Shown here: positions 9,488 to 18,060 of the stretch, piece after piece
Position numbering within the stretch: position 1 is the stretch's first letter
Layout of the letters: each line of letters starts with the position of its first letter
NCBI GenBank assembly: GCA_947576095.1
Contig: CANPPW010000004.1
Location: forward strand, 1-54,882
Source: an uncultured Mycoplasmatota bacterium
Lineage (GTDB): Bacteria; Bacillota_I; Bacilli_A; RF39; UBA660
Length of the DNA: 54,882 nt
Direction of reading: 5' to 3'
Program-made: the position numbers and the translations under genes
The notes under the pieces: model-generated
Told to the model about the DNA's origin: nothing
The model's database searches: none
The model's input: only the letters and a program-made list of their open reading frames with translations

Positions 9488-10384
9488 TTACCATAAATGT
9501 TTTGGATACTCTCCTTGCTCAATCAAATGATTTATTTTAGAGATAACACCATCCTTATCATCTCTATAAGTAATCCCTAGCCAGCTTGCACTCGTTGATA
9601 ACAAAGCAACATCTTTTTTCTTTTCTTTCATAATTTTACAAAGTACATCTGGTATTAAGTATTCTTTTTCCAAATCGTTTTTATTTTCATTTAAAAAATG
9701 TGTCAAATACATTTCTAAATATTGGAATAGACTAGAATCAAAGCCAATCATATTCATCGAAACAAGTGTATCTTCTTGTAAAGAAAAAGGTTCGTCCCCA
9801 TTTAATGGAGATGCAACAATATTTCCATTTTCTCTTATAATAGAACTTTCAATCAAATCATTTAACTTGCCATTTTCTGCTACACAAACCGCTCTTTTAA
9901 CAGAGCCATATTGAGATAATGTATTCACAACCTGATATCCGACTAAACAATACTCATTTGCTTGTCTATCCAGAAACTGACTAGCAACTTGATACGCATC
10001 TCTTCCATAAAAATCGTCAGCATTAATAATTATAAAAGGTTCTTTAATTTTTTCTTTTGCACATAATATAGCATGTGCTGTTCCCCATGGCTTTGTTCTA
10101 CTTAAACCATTTAAATATTGACTTGGTATATTACTAATATCTTGAAAAGCATATTCCACCTTTATTTTTTGAGAAATACGATTCCCCACCGTTTCCTTAA
10201 ATATCTCTTCATTTTCTTTTTTTATAACAAATACTACTTTATCAAATCCTGCATCAATTGCATCATAAATAGAATAATCAATTAAAAATTCTCCATTAGG
10301 ACCTACAGGTTCTATCTGCTTTAAACCACCAAATCGACTCCCCATTCCTGCTGCCATAATTAATAAAGTTTTATGCTTTTTCAT
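9488..10384 (-). CDS. Sugar-phosphate nucleotidyltransferase family protein
   Basis: MAAGMGSRFGGLKQ, KPWGTAHA, INADDFYG; likely start MKKHK; own promoter TTGAAA-17-TATACT. Confidence 0.88.
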   Translation of the reverse strand: MKKHKTLLIMAAGMGSRFGGLKQIEPVGPNGEFLIDYSIYDAIDAGFDKVVFVIKKENEEIFKETVGNRISQKIKVEYAFQDISNIPSQYLNGLSRTKPWGTAHAILCAKEKIKEPFIIINADDFYGRDAYQVASQFLDRQANEYCLVGYQVVNTLSQYGSVKRAVCVAENGKLNDLIESSIIRENGNIVASPLNGDEPFSLQEDTLVSMNMIGFDSSLFQYLEMYLTHFLNENKNDLEKEYLIPDVLCKIMKEKKKDVALLSTSASWLGITYRDDKDGVISKINHLIEQGEYPKHLW

Positions 10385-10441
10385 AAAATTCCCACTTTCT
10401 ATTATATATAAGTATACAATAATATACAATTTATTTCAAAT

Positions 10442-10782
10442 AAAAAAAGAGATCCTAGATCTAATCTCTAAAAAATATAATATATTCGCGAAATATACCA
10501 TTTTTCTAAGTGCACAAGATATAGCCTGATAAACTATATTGCACCGAGTTTATGGGGACTGGAGTGTGTAGCTAACACACTGCACAAAATTATGTGTCAG
10601 TCACCTACCATTAAGTTTTTCTTTCTTGTTTTTTTTGTAACTATTAACATACAGTTCTGATAAGATTTATTTTGGTAATGTATCTTATACCTTTTATGCC
10701 TTTTTCTTTTGTCTCCCCTACAAATAAACTATAATTTCAATATTTGATCGTTTAATGAATGGCTTGACTTTCTGTATGTTAT
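10442..10782 (-). ncRNA. Candidate structured ncRNA 1 (~340 nt, unassigned)
   Basis: Promoter TTGACA-17-TATGAT (10789-10817); terminator 10442-10469; 10-bp closing helix (10772-10781/10645-10654); three-way junction and hairpins; no RBS-linked ORF. Confidence 0.55.
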
Positions 10783-10844
10783 GATATAATCATATACTAT
10801 TCCTATCATCTTGTCAACAATATTTCTAAGAATCAGAATTACAA

Positions 10845-10873
10845 TTGACGAAAAAAAATTTTTTTGATACAAT
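10845..10873 (+). promoter_or_regulatory. SigA-type promoter of the plus-strand WXG100 pair
   Basis: TTGACG-17-TACAAT with TGn; divergent from the ncRNA 1 promoter. Confidence 0.7.
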
Positions 10874-10910
10874 AAATTTGTAATATTATTATAGTAAGGT
10901 GGTGAAATTT

Positions 10911-11261
10911 ATGGCTGTAGCAAAAACCGAATTCTATGTAGACCTAGCAGGAGTTGAACAATATCAAAAATCATGTATGACATATCTTGACAATATTTCT
11001 ACCGCAATGAAGTCTATTCAAAAACAATTTAATGCATTAGCAACTAATAAAGGAGTTTTAGGCAACTTCGAAACATTAATGTTAAACAATGCCAAAGCTG
11101 CTGGAAGAAGGGCTTCTCTAGCTCAAAAAAGAAAAATAGGACTAGAAAAAAAATTAAATGCAGATATATCATACCAAACTAGACTATTATTAGCCTCTTA
11201 TCAACAAGCACAAAAAGCTGTAGAAAACGTGGAAAATGTTCCAACTGGAAATAATAATTAA
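10911..11261 (+). CDS. WXG100-like protein (116 aa)
   Basis: AAGGTGGTG RBS; FYVD start, two helices around GVLG, C-terminal YQQA; paired with a WYG-containing gene. Confidence 0.55.
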   Translation: MAVAKTEFYVDLAGVEQYQKSCMTYLDNISTAMKSIQKQFNALATNKGVLGNFETLMLNNAKAAGRRASLAQKRKIGLEKKLNADISYQTRLLLASYQQAQKAVENVENVPTGNNN

Positions 11262-11278
11262 GAAAGGAGGAAAGCATT

Positions 11279-11566
11279 ATGGCAAAAACCAAAAATGCAT
11301 TGGGTGGAGATCCAGTCAAAATTAAAACTACTACTACTAAAATTAAAGATGAATTAGATAAAATCGAATACGCTAATAACCAACTCGAACAAATGGTTTT
11401 AACTATGGAAACAAAAATCTGGTATGGTTCTACTAGAGCTGAAAAATGGTATAAAACCACTAGAGATCATATTGAAAATACAAAAAAAGTATTAATTAGT
11501 ATGAGAGAAGCAAATAATAAAGTTATAACTATAGCTGATGCTTTAGACCAGTCTAAATCTTCTTAA
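11279..11566 (+). CDS. WXG100 family protein
   Basis: 95 aa, DP start motif, central WYG between two amphipathic helices; AAGGAGG RBS. Confidence 0.75.
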   Translation: MAKTKNALGGDPVKIKTTTTKIKDELDKIEYANNQLEQMVLTMETKIWYGSTRAEKWYKTTRDHIENTKKVLISMREANNKVITIADALDQSKSS

Positions 11567-11579
11567 AAATATATATGTG

Positions 11580-11655
11580 AGATGACAAAAATCATCTTTT
11601 TTTATAAATTTTAACATATTAAAACCTTGATTTTTCTACATAGAAATCAAGGTTT
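11580..11655. terminator. Two terminator hairpins between convergent genes
   Basis: AGATGA/TCATCT plus T-run (+ strand), and AAACCTTGATTT/AAATCAAGGTTT. Confidence 0.7.
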
Positions 11656-11699
11656 ATTTTACAATCTAATCCTACATTAATAGAATGCTATATCTCTAA

Positions 11700-11933
11700 T
11701 TACCCAATTCCACCAAGAAAATCATCGATTTCTCCTTCATCATTATCCGTTAAATCATAATCATCTGTATTATCATCAATAGCTGAATATTCAAATGAGT
11801 CGCTATTTTCATCTTCATCATCATCTTCATCATCAATTTTTGTTGAAAAATCAAGATTATGATTATTCATATATTGTAAGGCAAGTTTTAAATCATCTGG
11901 CATATTCTCTTCAATTACAAATTTATTATTCAT
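11700..11933 (-). CDS. Small highly acidic hypothetical protein (77 aa)
   Basis: GAGGGA RBS, TG-extended -10 box upstream, Asp/Glu-rich C-terminal half. Confidence 0.7.
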   Translation of the reverse strand: MNNKFVIEENMPDDLKLALQYMNNHNLDFSTKIDDEDDDEDENSDSFEYSAIDDNTDDYDLTDNDEGEIDDFLGGIG

Positions 11934-11991
11934 CTTATCCCTCATTTCTACGTTATATTTATCATAACATATATTTTAAGTTCAAGTAAAT

Positions 11992-12228
11992 AAAAAAAAA
12001 TTATTTAACAAATCATTAAATAATTTTCTAGTTTTAGGAACTATAAATTTATATATTATCAGTATATAAACTATAGTCTCTTATCAGCTGAGTTTTTCTT
12101 TCTCATCATCTAATAGTTACAAGTTTTTAGCTGTGGTAAGTTGTTTTCACATTTAAAGCGAATTTGCTCCCAAATCATATTATATCATGATATATCAATG
12201 TATACTAATATATCATACTAAAAACTCT
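11992..12228 (-). ncRNA. Candidate structured ncRNA 2 (~240 nt, unassigned)
   Basis: Promoter TTGACA-17-TATACT (12235-12263); terminator hairpin plus T9 (11992-12027); 5' helix 12218-12228/12121-12130; internal hairpins. Confidence 0.5.
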
Positions 12229-12335
12229 AACTATAGTATAAAATAAAATTTAAAAACTGTCAATCATTTAAATAACAAAATTTATCGATCTATCACAAAT
12301 ATTACCTTTTTACTAAATATTTTATAATGATTTTA

Positions 12336-12587
12336 TCAAATTAAAATAACAGAACTTCCATTTTGTAAACCAGAGGTTTTTACTATTTCACCATAAGAAA
12401 TTGGCTGCATTTTTCGTTTGTCATATAAAATTGCGCCCCTCCTTACCTGATAACTCCCTTGTGTAAGCTCACACACTGCTTTTTGTAACAACTCTATTAT
12501 TTTACCTACAGTAATATTAATCGGAAACCAAATTTCATAGTTTTTTTCAACACTTGGTATATAAACACTTACTAAGATTTTTTCCAT
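12336..12587 (-). CDS. esaB: EsaB/YukD-like ubiquitin-fold protein (copy 2)
   Basis: 83 aa, YEIWFP...SGLQNGSSVILI; directly after essC. Confidence 0.82.
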   Translation of the reverse strand: MEKILVSVYIPSVEKNYEIWFPINITVGKIIELLQKAVCELTQGSYQVRRGAILYDKRKMQPISYGEIVKTSGLQNGSSVILI

Positions 12588-12596
12588 AGTATCACC

Positions 12597-15500
12597 TTAT
12601 TTCTGTATATAACGAACATAATTTCTCTTACTATTGATGACTACAATTGCAGTATTGGCATCAACATTTTCATTATATGAACTTGCATATTCCGCATTAA
12701 TAATGGATTGATCATCAAAATTTTCTCCTAACCAAATAGCTGTAGTAGAATCCATCAAATCAAACCATCTTCTTTTCTTAATGGTTTTCATCATCCCATA
12801 TTCATCCGCCAATATAATCTTGAATACAGAACTTGCTTTTGCTTCTAGGATAAAATCATCTACTGTAATCACTTCCTTAGTACCATCCTGTTTTACCTTT
12901 TCTAAATGTTGTTCTAATTTCTGATATCCGATAATGATAATAGGAATTTTTTCAGCAATTTCTTTTCCTATATATTTTTGAATATTTTTATATAAATATA
13001 TAAATAATTTTCGGAAATTAGAATTATAATATTTTATTTTTCCCTGCTCTTCAATCGTAACACTTTCCGATGCATCAATTACAATAGGATGAACATTCCT
13101 AGTCATTCCCATAATTTTAACTAAGGCTGGAATAAACTTTTCAAGAAACCTTATTTCACTTGACGAAATAAAAGTCAAATAATTGGTAAAATTATAGCAA
13201 AATGGTTCAATTGTTTGTCTATCTACTCCAATTGGAACCTTATCTAATGTAGAAATAGCTTCTCTTACTGTATTTATTTCGATCACTTCTGGCATAATAG
13301 GAATTCTTTTTGCTTTTGCTGAAGTAATTTTATTTAACTGATTAAAAATATAATCTAAATTGGAATCTAAATGGTCTTCTTCAAAAATAAGTGCACTTTG
13401 AAATTCATAGACATTGTCCATTTTGATAAGTCCCCTACCTGGATACTCGGCTGGAATCACCTTATCTGTTCCAAATAAATCATAATAATCAGTATGATCC
13501 ACAACCTGCAAGCCTATTTTCTGTGGAAAACTATTTTCAACACGATAACCAAGCGAATTTACAGAAGAAGCTGTGACAATAAAGGTAATTCCATTTTTAC
13601 TACAGTCTCTAATTAAAGATGTAAAAATATCATCATATATATCTTCATATTCCTCTTTGAAAACATCAAAATCATTAATAAATATTAAAATATTAGGTAA
13701 AACAACACCTGTTTTTTTATAATAACTTTGATAACTGCCACCATAATCAGAAAATAAAGATTTTCTTTTTTGAGATTCAGAGACCATAATTGAGAATAAA
13801 CGCTTCACTTTTTCATCATCTGAAACAGTTAAAAAATCTCCTACTTGTGGTGCTTTTTCAAAGATTTTTAAAGTTTGTGCGGAAAAGTCTAATATATATA
13901 TATTTAATTCACTTGTATCATGACTTACAATAGAAGAATATATAATAGTAGATAATAAAGTTGTTTTCCCACTACCTGTCATACCACATATAAAACAGTT
14001 CCCTACCTCTGTAAGTGGTAAAGTTACAACCCCTTGTTTCTGATTTCTTGGATTATCAAATTCTCCAATTACAGGATTAATCACACATTTTTTAACCTCT
14101 AAAGGATATTTTTGTTTTATATTTTCTACATAAATAATAGAAGAAACATTATCAAGCCATAACTGCTTTTGTTTATATTGCTTTTCTCTTGCAACATTTA
14201 TTAAATAATGTAAAACATTAGAAAGTTCCTCACCAAGACTTATATGTGCCTCTTTTGCCTCTTCCACCTCTTCTACACTCTTAATAATCTCTCCTGTATG
14301 ATTAATAAAATCTAGTGCATTATCTACCTTTGAACGAATTTTTTCTGATGGAAAATAACTGGTTCCACTATAAGCAGATTGTCCTAAAACAAAATATTCA
14401 TCGTATCCTACTTGCAAGTAAAATCTTCCTGCTTCTTTTAAATAAGCGGCATCATTTTTTCGAATCATTTCTTGACTATCCTCGGCCGTTTGAACCTTAC
14501 AGCATACCTTAAATTTACTATTACTCCAGATTTGTTCATCAACAACTCCACTTGGCTTTTGCGTGGCTAATATTAAATGAATTCCCAAACTACGGCCAAT
14601 ACGAGCTGCACTAACAAGCTGTTCCATAAAATCTGGTTGTTGATCTTTTAACTCGGCAAATTCATCACAAATAATAAATAAATGAGATAAAGATTCCTTT
14701 AATAAACCATCTCTATATAATTTTTGATATTTATAAATATCTATGGTCCCTGTTCCTACTTGTTCTTTTGCACTATTAAATAAAATCTGTCTACGATTCA
14801 GTTCGCTTTCAATAGATACCAGTGTTCTTTTCAACTCTGCTTTATCTAGATTTGTAATTGTTCCAATTAAGTGAGGAAGTTTTTCTTTAGTCTTTCTATT
14901 CTCAAAAGCACCAGCAAGACCACCACCCTTGTAATCAATCAAAACAAATTGAACTTCATCTGGTCTATAATTAACTGCCATAGACAAAATATAAGTAATA
15001 ATAAATTCACTTTTCCCAGATCCTGTCATTCCCGCAATAAGTCCATGGGGACCATGTTTTTTTTCATGCAAATCTAAAACAAGAAGATTGCCATTTTCGT
15101 CTACACCTACAGGTGCTTGCAAACTATTCATCAAACTACTATTATCCCATCTGTTTGCAACATTCAGTTGTTCCACTTTTCCAACACGGTACATTTCTAA
15201 AAATCCCAAATTTTGTGGCAAATTGGCCATTTTTTCTGTTACAACTTGAATAGGAATATTAGCTAATAAATCCATGCATAAATCAAAGTCTAAACCATTA
15301 TCATGATCTATAAATTCAGGAACAAAAGATTCCAGCTGTTTAGAGGTCATTACATTTTCAAAAAATGTTCCACTTTTTTCATTAAAATTAATAAATTCAG
15401 AACATTCATTAGGAATATTGGTAATTTTCGCATCAAACATAAGAATACTAAACCCAATATTACATTTATGTTCTAAAATATCTTTTATAATCTTTAGATT

Positions 15501-17177
15501 TCGATACAAAAGAATATTATCAGTTACAATTACATAATAGGGCAAAAAATTTTTATATACTTTTTCAGACTCATCCTTTTCATCTGCATTTATTCTTTCA
15601 ATAAATACTTTTTCCAAATAGGAAGATAATATTTGTGCTTCTTCTATATTGGTTGCAAAAAAACGAGTACTATAGTCACTAGTAAAACAATGATTTAATT
15701 TTTTTATAGAACTGAAATGATCCTCTCCTTTTCTATCTGTCAATATAACCAATTTCATATCACTATAACTTTGTAAAGTTACAAGTTGTAACAAAATAGA
15801 TTTCATATATCTATATTTATCTACATGATCATTGATAAAGGAAACAATATGATGAGATGTCAAGGATAGTGTTACTGGCACATCAGACACCGTTTTATGA
15901 GATTCAATTAATTCATCAATTTGATCACGCAGTTCATCATGTTCCATTTCAAATTCTTCTTTTGTATAATCAATTTTCCCATCTAAATCAACAGTTCCTG
16001 TTCCTAATCGAATTTTTAAAAAATCATCATACTCAATATTACGAGAAAATAAATTTGCTTTTCGATTTAAAATCGTATCTTGACATGCTTTAAGTGAAAT
16101 ACTATTATTTTGCAAAATAATTCTTTGTTCGTTAATAGCATCCTCTAATATCTTTCCTTTTTTTTGTAAGTAAGATGTATAAACACGTATTCTTTTCTTT
16201 TCATTTTGTTTTCGTATCTTTTCCTCCATTTTTCTTTCAATAAATGGCCAAACGACCCCTACAACAAGCATTGCTACACACATTAAAATAGATGTCATAT
16301 TAGATTCCATAGAGGCCTTATCATGAATATTTTTAATTGCATAATATCCAGTTATAGCTGATGTAGAACACATAATAGCAGAAGGAATAATTGTCATAAA
16401 AATAGAATATTTATTTTTTTCTTCTTTTGGTGGAGGGGAAGCTATTGGAAGATTTAACTGTTCTATTTTATTTTGAAAAACAGGTGCTTTAAAAAAATAA
16501 TCTTTTTCATCGTAAAAATTTTTATATAGCTTCATAGGTAAAGACTTAGAGATAGTGCTAGTAAAAGGTGGTGGATCTAATAGTTTTCCACCATTTAATG
16601 AAACAGCATTTTGTGGATTATTAATTAATAATTGTTCCCCTAAAATAACGATTTTTAAACCCATAATAAATATTTGATCTGTTTGATTTAAAAGAGTGTG
16701 ATCCTGTCTTTGCTTATTCACATATATAGGAATGAGAGGTTGTAAATTTGTAAGTTCCCATCTATCATTTTCATATACCAGTTTTACTTGTTTTTCATCA
16801 ATCCCATTATATAAATATTTAATATCACAAGTACTTGATTTCCCAATAATCACCTCAGTATTAGAGGAAACCATTTTTCTCATATAAGAAACCTCATTAG
16901 ATGGACAAGTATAAATTAAAACAATTTCATTATTATATACCCTTAATTGATAAAATTTATACATCTCTAAATATATAAAAGAAACAGCCTGATGATTTTG
17001 AAGAACTTTGGTATCAGTATCACTTAAGATTCTCCATTGGTTATTATAAGCTTCTATACTAGCTAAATCCCTTTTATTTCCATCTTTATCATAATCAGTT
17101 AAAATATAGTTCCCAGAAACTATTTTTGGTAGTTCAAATGTAAAATATTCTTCTGCATGTATTATATATATAAACAT
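12597..17177 (-). CDS. essC: Type VII secretion ATPase EssC (copy 2)
   Basis: 1526 aa, FHA-like N-terminus, two TMs, HGPHGLIAGMTGSGKSE, DEFAEL, second Walker A GMTGSGKT. Confidence 0.95.
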   Translation of the reverse strand: MFIYIIHAEEYFTFELPKIVSGNYILTDYDKDGNKRDLASIEAYNNQWRILSDTDTKVLQNHQAVSFIYLEMYKFYQLRVYNNEIVLIYTCPSNEVSYMRKMVSSNTEVIIGKSSTCDIKYLYNGIDEKQVKLVYENDRWELTNLQPLIPIYVNKQRQDHTLLNQTDQIFIMGLKIVILGEQLLINNPQNAVSLNGGKLLDPPPFTSTISKSLPMKLYKNFYDEKDYFFKAPVFQNKIEQLNLPIASPPPKEEKNKYSIFMTIIPSAIMCSTSAITGYYAIKNIHDKASMESNMTSILMCVAMLVVGVVWPFIERKMEEKIRKQNEKKRIRVYTSYLQKKGKILEDAINEQRIILQNNSISLKACQDTILNRKANLFSRNIEYDDFLKIRLGTGTVDLDGKIDYTKEEFEMEHDELRDQIDELIESHKTVSDVPVTLSLTSHHIVSFINDHVDKYRYMKSILLQLVTLQSYSDMKLVILTDRKGEDHFSSIKKLNHCFTSDYSTRFFATNIEEAQILSSYLEKVFIERINADEKDESEKVYKNFLPYYVIVTDNILLYRNLKIIKDILEHKCNIGFSILMFDAKITNIPNECSEFINFNEKSGTFFENVMTSKQLESFVPEFIDHDNGLDFDLCMDLLANIPIQVVTEKMANLPQNLGFLEMYRVGKVEQLNVANRWDNSSLMNSLQAPVGVDENGNLLVLDLHEKKHGPHGLIAGMTGSGKSEFIITYILSMAVNYRPDEVQFVLIDYKGGGLAGAFENRKTKEKLPHLIGTITNLDKAELKRTLVSIESELNRRQILFNSAKEQVGTGTIDIYKYQKLYRDGLLKESLSHLFIICDEFAELKDQQPDFMEQLVSAARIGRSLGIHLILATQKPSGVVDEQIWSNSKFKVCCKVQTAEDSQEMIRKNDAAYLKEAGRFYLQVGYDEYFVLGQSAYSGTSYFPSEKIRSKVDNALDFINHTGEIIKSVEEVEEAKEAHISLGEELSNVLHYLINVAREKQYKQKQLWLDNVSSIIYVENIKQKYPLEVKKCVINPVIGEFDNPRNQKQGVVTLPLTEVGNCFICGMTGSGKTTLLSTIIYSSIVSHDTSELNIYILDFSAQTLKIFEKAPQVGDFLTVSDDEKVKRLFSIMVSESQKRKSLFSDYGGSYQSYYKKTGVVLPNILIFINDFDVFKEEYEDIYDDIFTSLIRDCSKNGITFIVTASSVNSLGYRVENSFPQKIGLQVVDHTDYYDLFGTDKVIPAEYPGRGLIKMDNVYEFQSALIFEEDHLDSNLDYIFNQLNKITSAKAKRIPIMPEVIEINTVREAISTLDKVPIGVDRQTIEPFCYNFTNYLTFISSSEIRFLEKFIPALVKIMGMTRNVHPIVIDASESVTIEEQGKIKYYNSNFRKLFIYLYKNIQKYIGKEIAEKIPIIIIGYQKLEQHLEKVKQDGTKEVITVDDFILEAKASSVFKIILADEYGMMKTIKKRRWFDLMDSTTAIWLGENFDDQSIINAEYASSYNENVDANTAIVVINSKRNYVRYIQK

Positions 17178-17362
17178 TCAGCCCACACCCACTTTTCTAT
17201 CTTAATGTAATTATAACATTGACCTTATCCAATTGTAAAGCTTGAAATTCAAAGAAAAAAATACCTTATCTGGTATCTAAAATTTTAAAAAAATCCTATC
17301 ATTTAATGATAGGAAATATATACTCTTATGACATGATTTCTATCTTTATATAATCTAAAAAA

Positions 17363-18020
17363 TTAGTATTTTTTAGATACAGCACTTTTATCGATAGATT
17401 TTAACTGGCTGATAAATGATTCCATAATTTCTCCATCATTTCCTGTTATTCCTAGTATTACTCTATCCGATAATAATCCCAAATCTTCTTTTAATTTATT
17501 AAATTCTATCGCTTCCAAGCGTGGATAATTTTCTATATTTTCATTTTGTGGCAAAACAACATATCTAGTTTCTATTCTATTGATTATTTTGTGACCCATG
17601 TTTATACCACTATCATACAATTCCCTATTTACTCTTATATAAGAAGGGATAGGTAGTGTTCGCATCTCAAAAATTTGATACTTTTCAATCGATTTATGAA
17701 GTTCACCACAATCTAACAATCCATTTTCATTTCCAACAAAAAAGCCATTAGAAATACTAGAACTAGCATTTCTCAAATGATAAGCAAAAAAAGATTGCGA
17801 TTCTTTCTTTATAATCATCTATATTCTTCATTACCCAAATACTATCTTCATAATCTATTTTACTACCAAACTCACGATATCCCATAAAAATTTGAGGAAG
17901 GGTATCTATTTTCCCGTCTTTATCTTTTCTAACAATCATTTTTCCATCATTTGTAAATGCAAACGTTAAAATTGAATGTGTATATTGTTCTTCTTTCATT
18001 TTCCCTCTCTTAGTTTCCAA
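17363..18020 (-). pseudogene. Hypothetical gene split by a frameshift at a T7 run
   Basis: The 85-aa and 151-aa ORFs overlap; removing one base at 17786-17792 joins them (ERIAIFF-AYHLRN). Confidence 0.55.
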
Positions 18021-18060
18021 ATTTTATAACCTTAATTTTAAAAATTCACTTTATATTCTT

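Noticed and set aside
8832-10384. sod and the nucleotidyltransferase as T7SS components
   Set aside because: Both are ordinary housekeeping families with a separate promoter; nothing beyond proximity links them to the T7SS.
10554-10610. Plus-strand GGGGAC...ACCA segment resembling a tRNA or tmRNA tRNA-like domain
   Set aside because: The acceptor stem does not pair in register, there is no TTCRA T-loop, and the promoter and terminator favour the minus strand.
10700-10782. RNase P-like words (GAAAGUC, GUAGGGGA) in ncRNA 1
   Set aside because: The full GAGGAAAGUCC and the 3' ACAxAA..xGGCUUA P4 partner are absent.
2337-17177. FtsK/SpoIIIE ATPases as a DNA translocase or ICE coupling protein
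   Set aside because: The FHA-TM-triple-ATPase layout with YukD and WXG100 neighbours indicates EssC; no relaxase, VirB4 or integrase is present.
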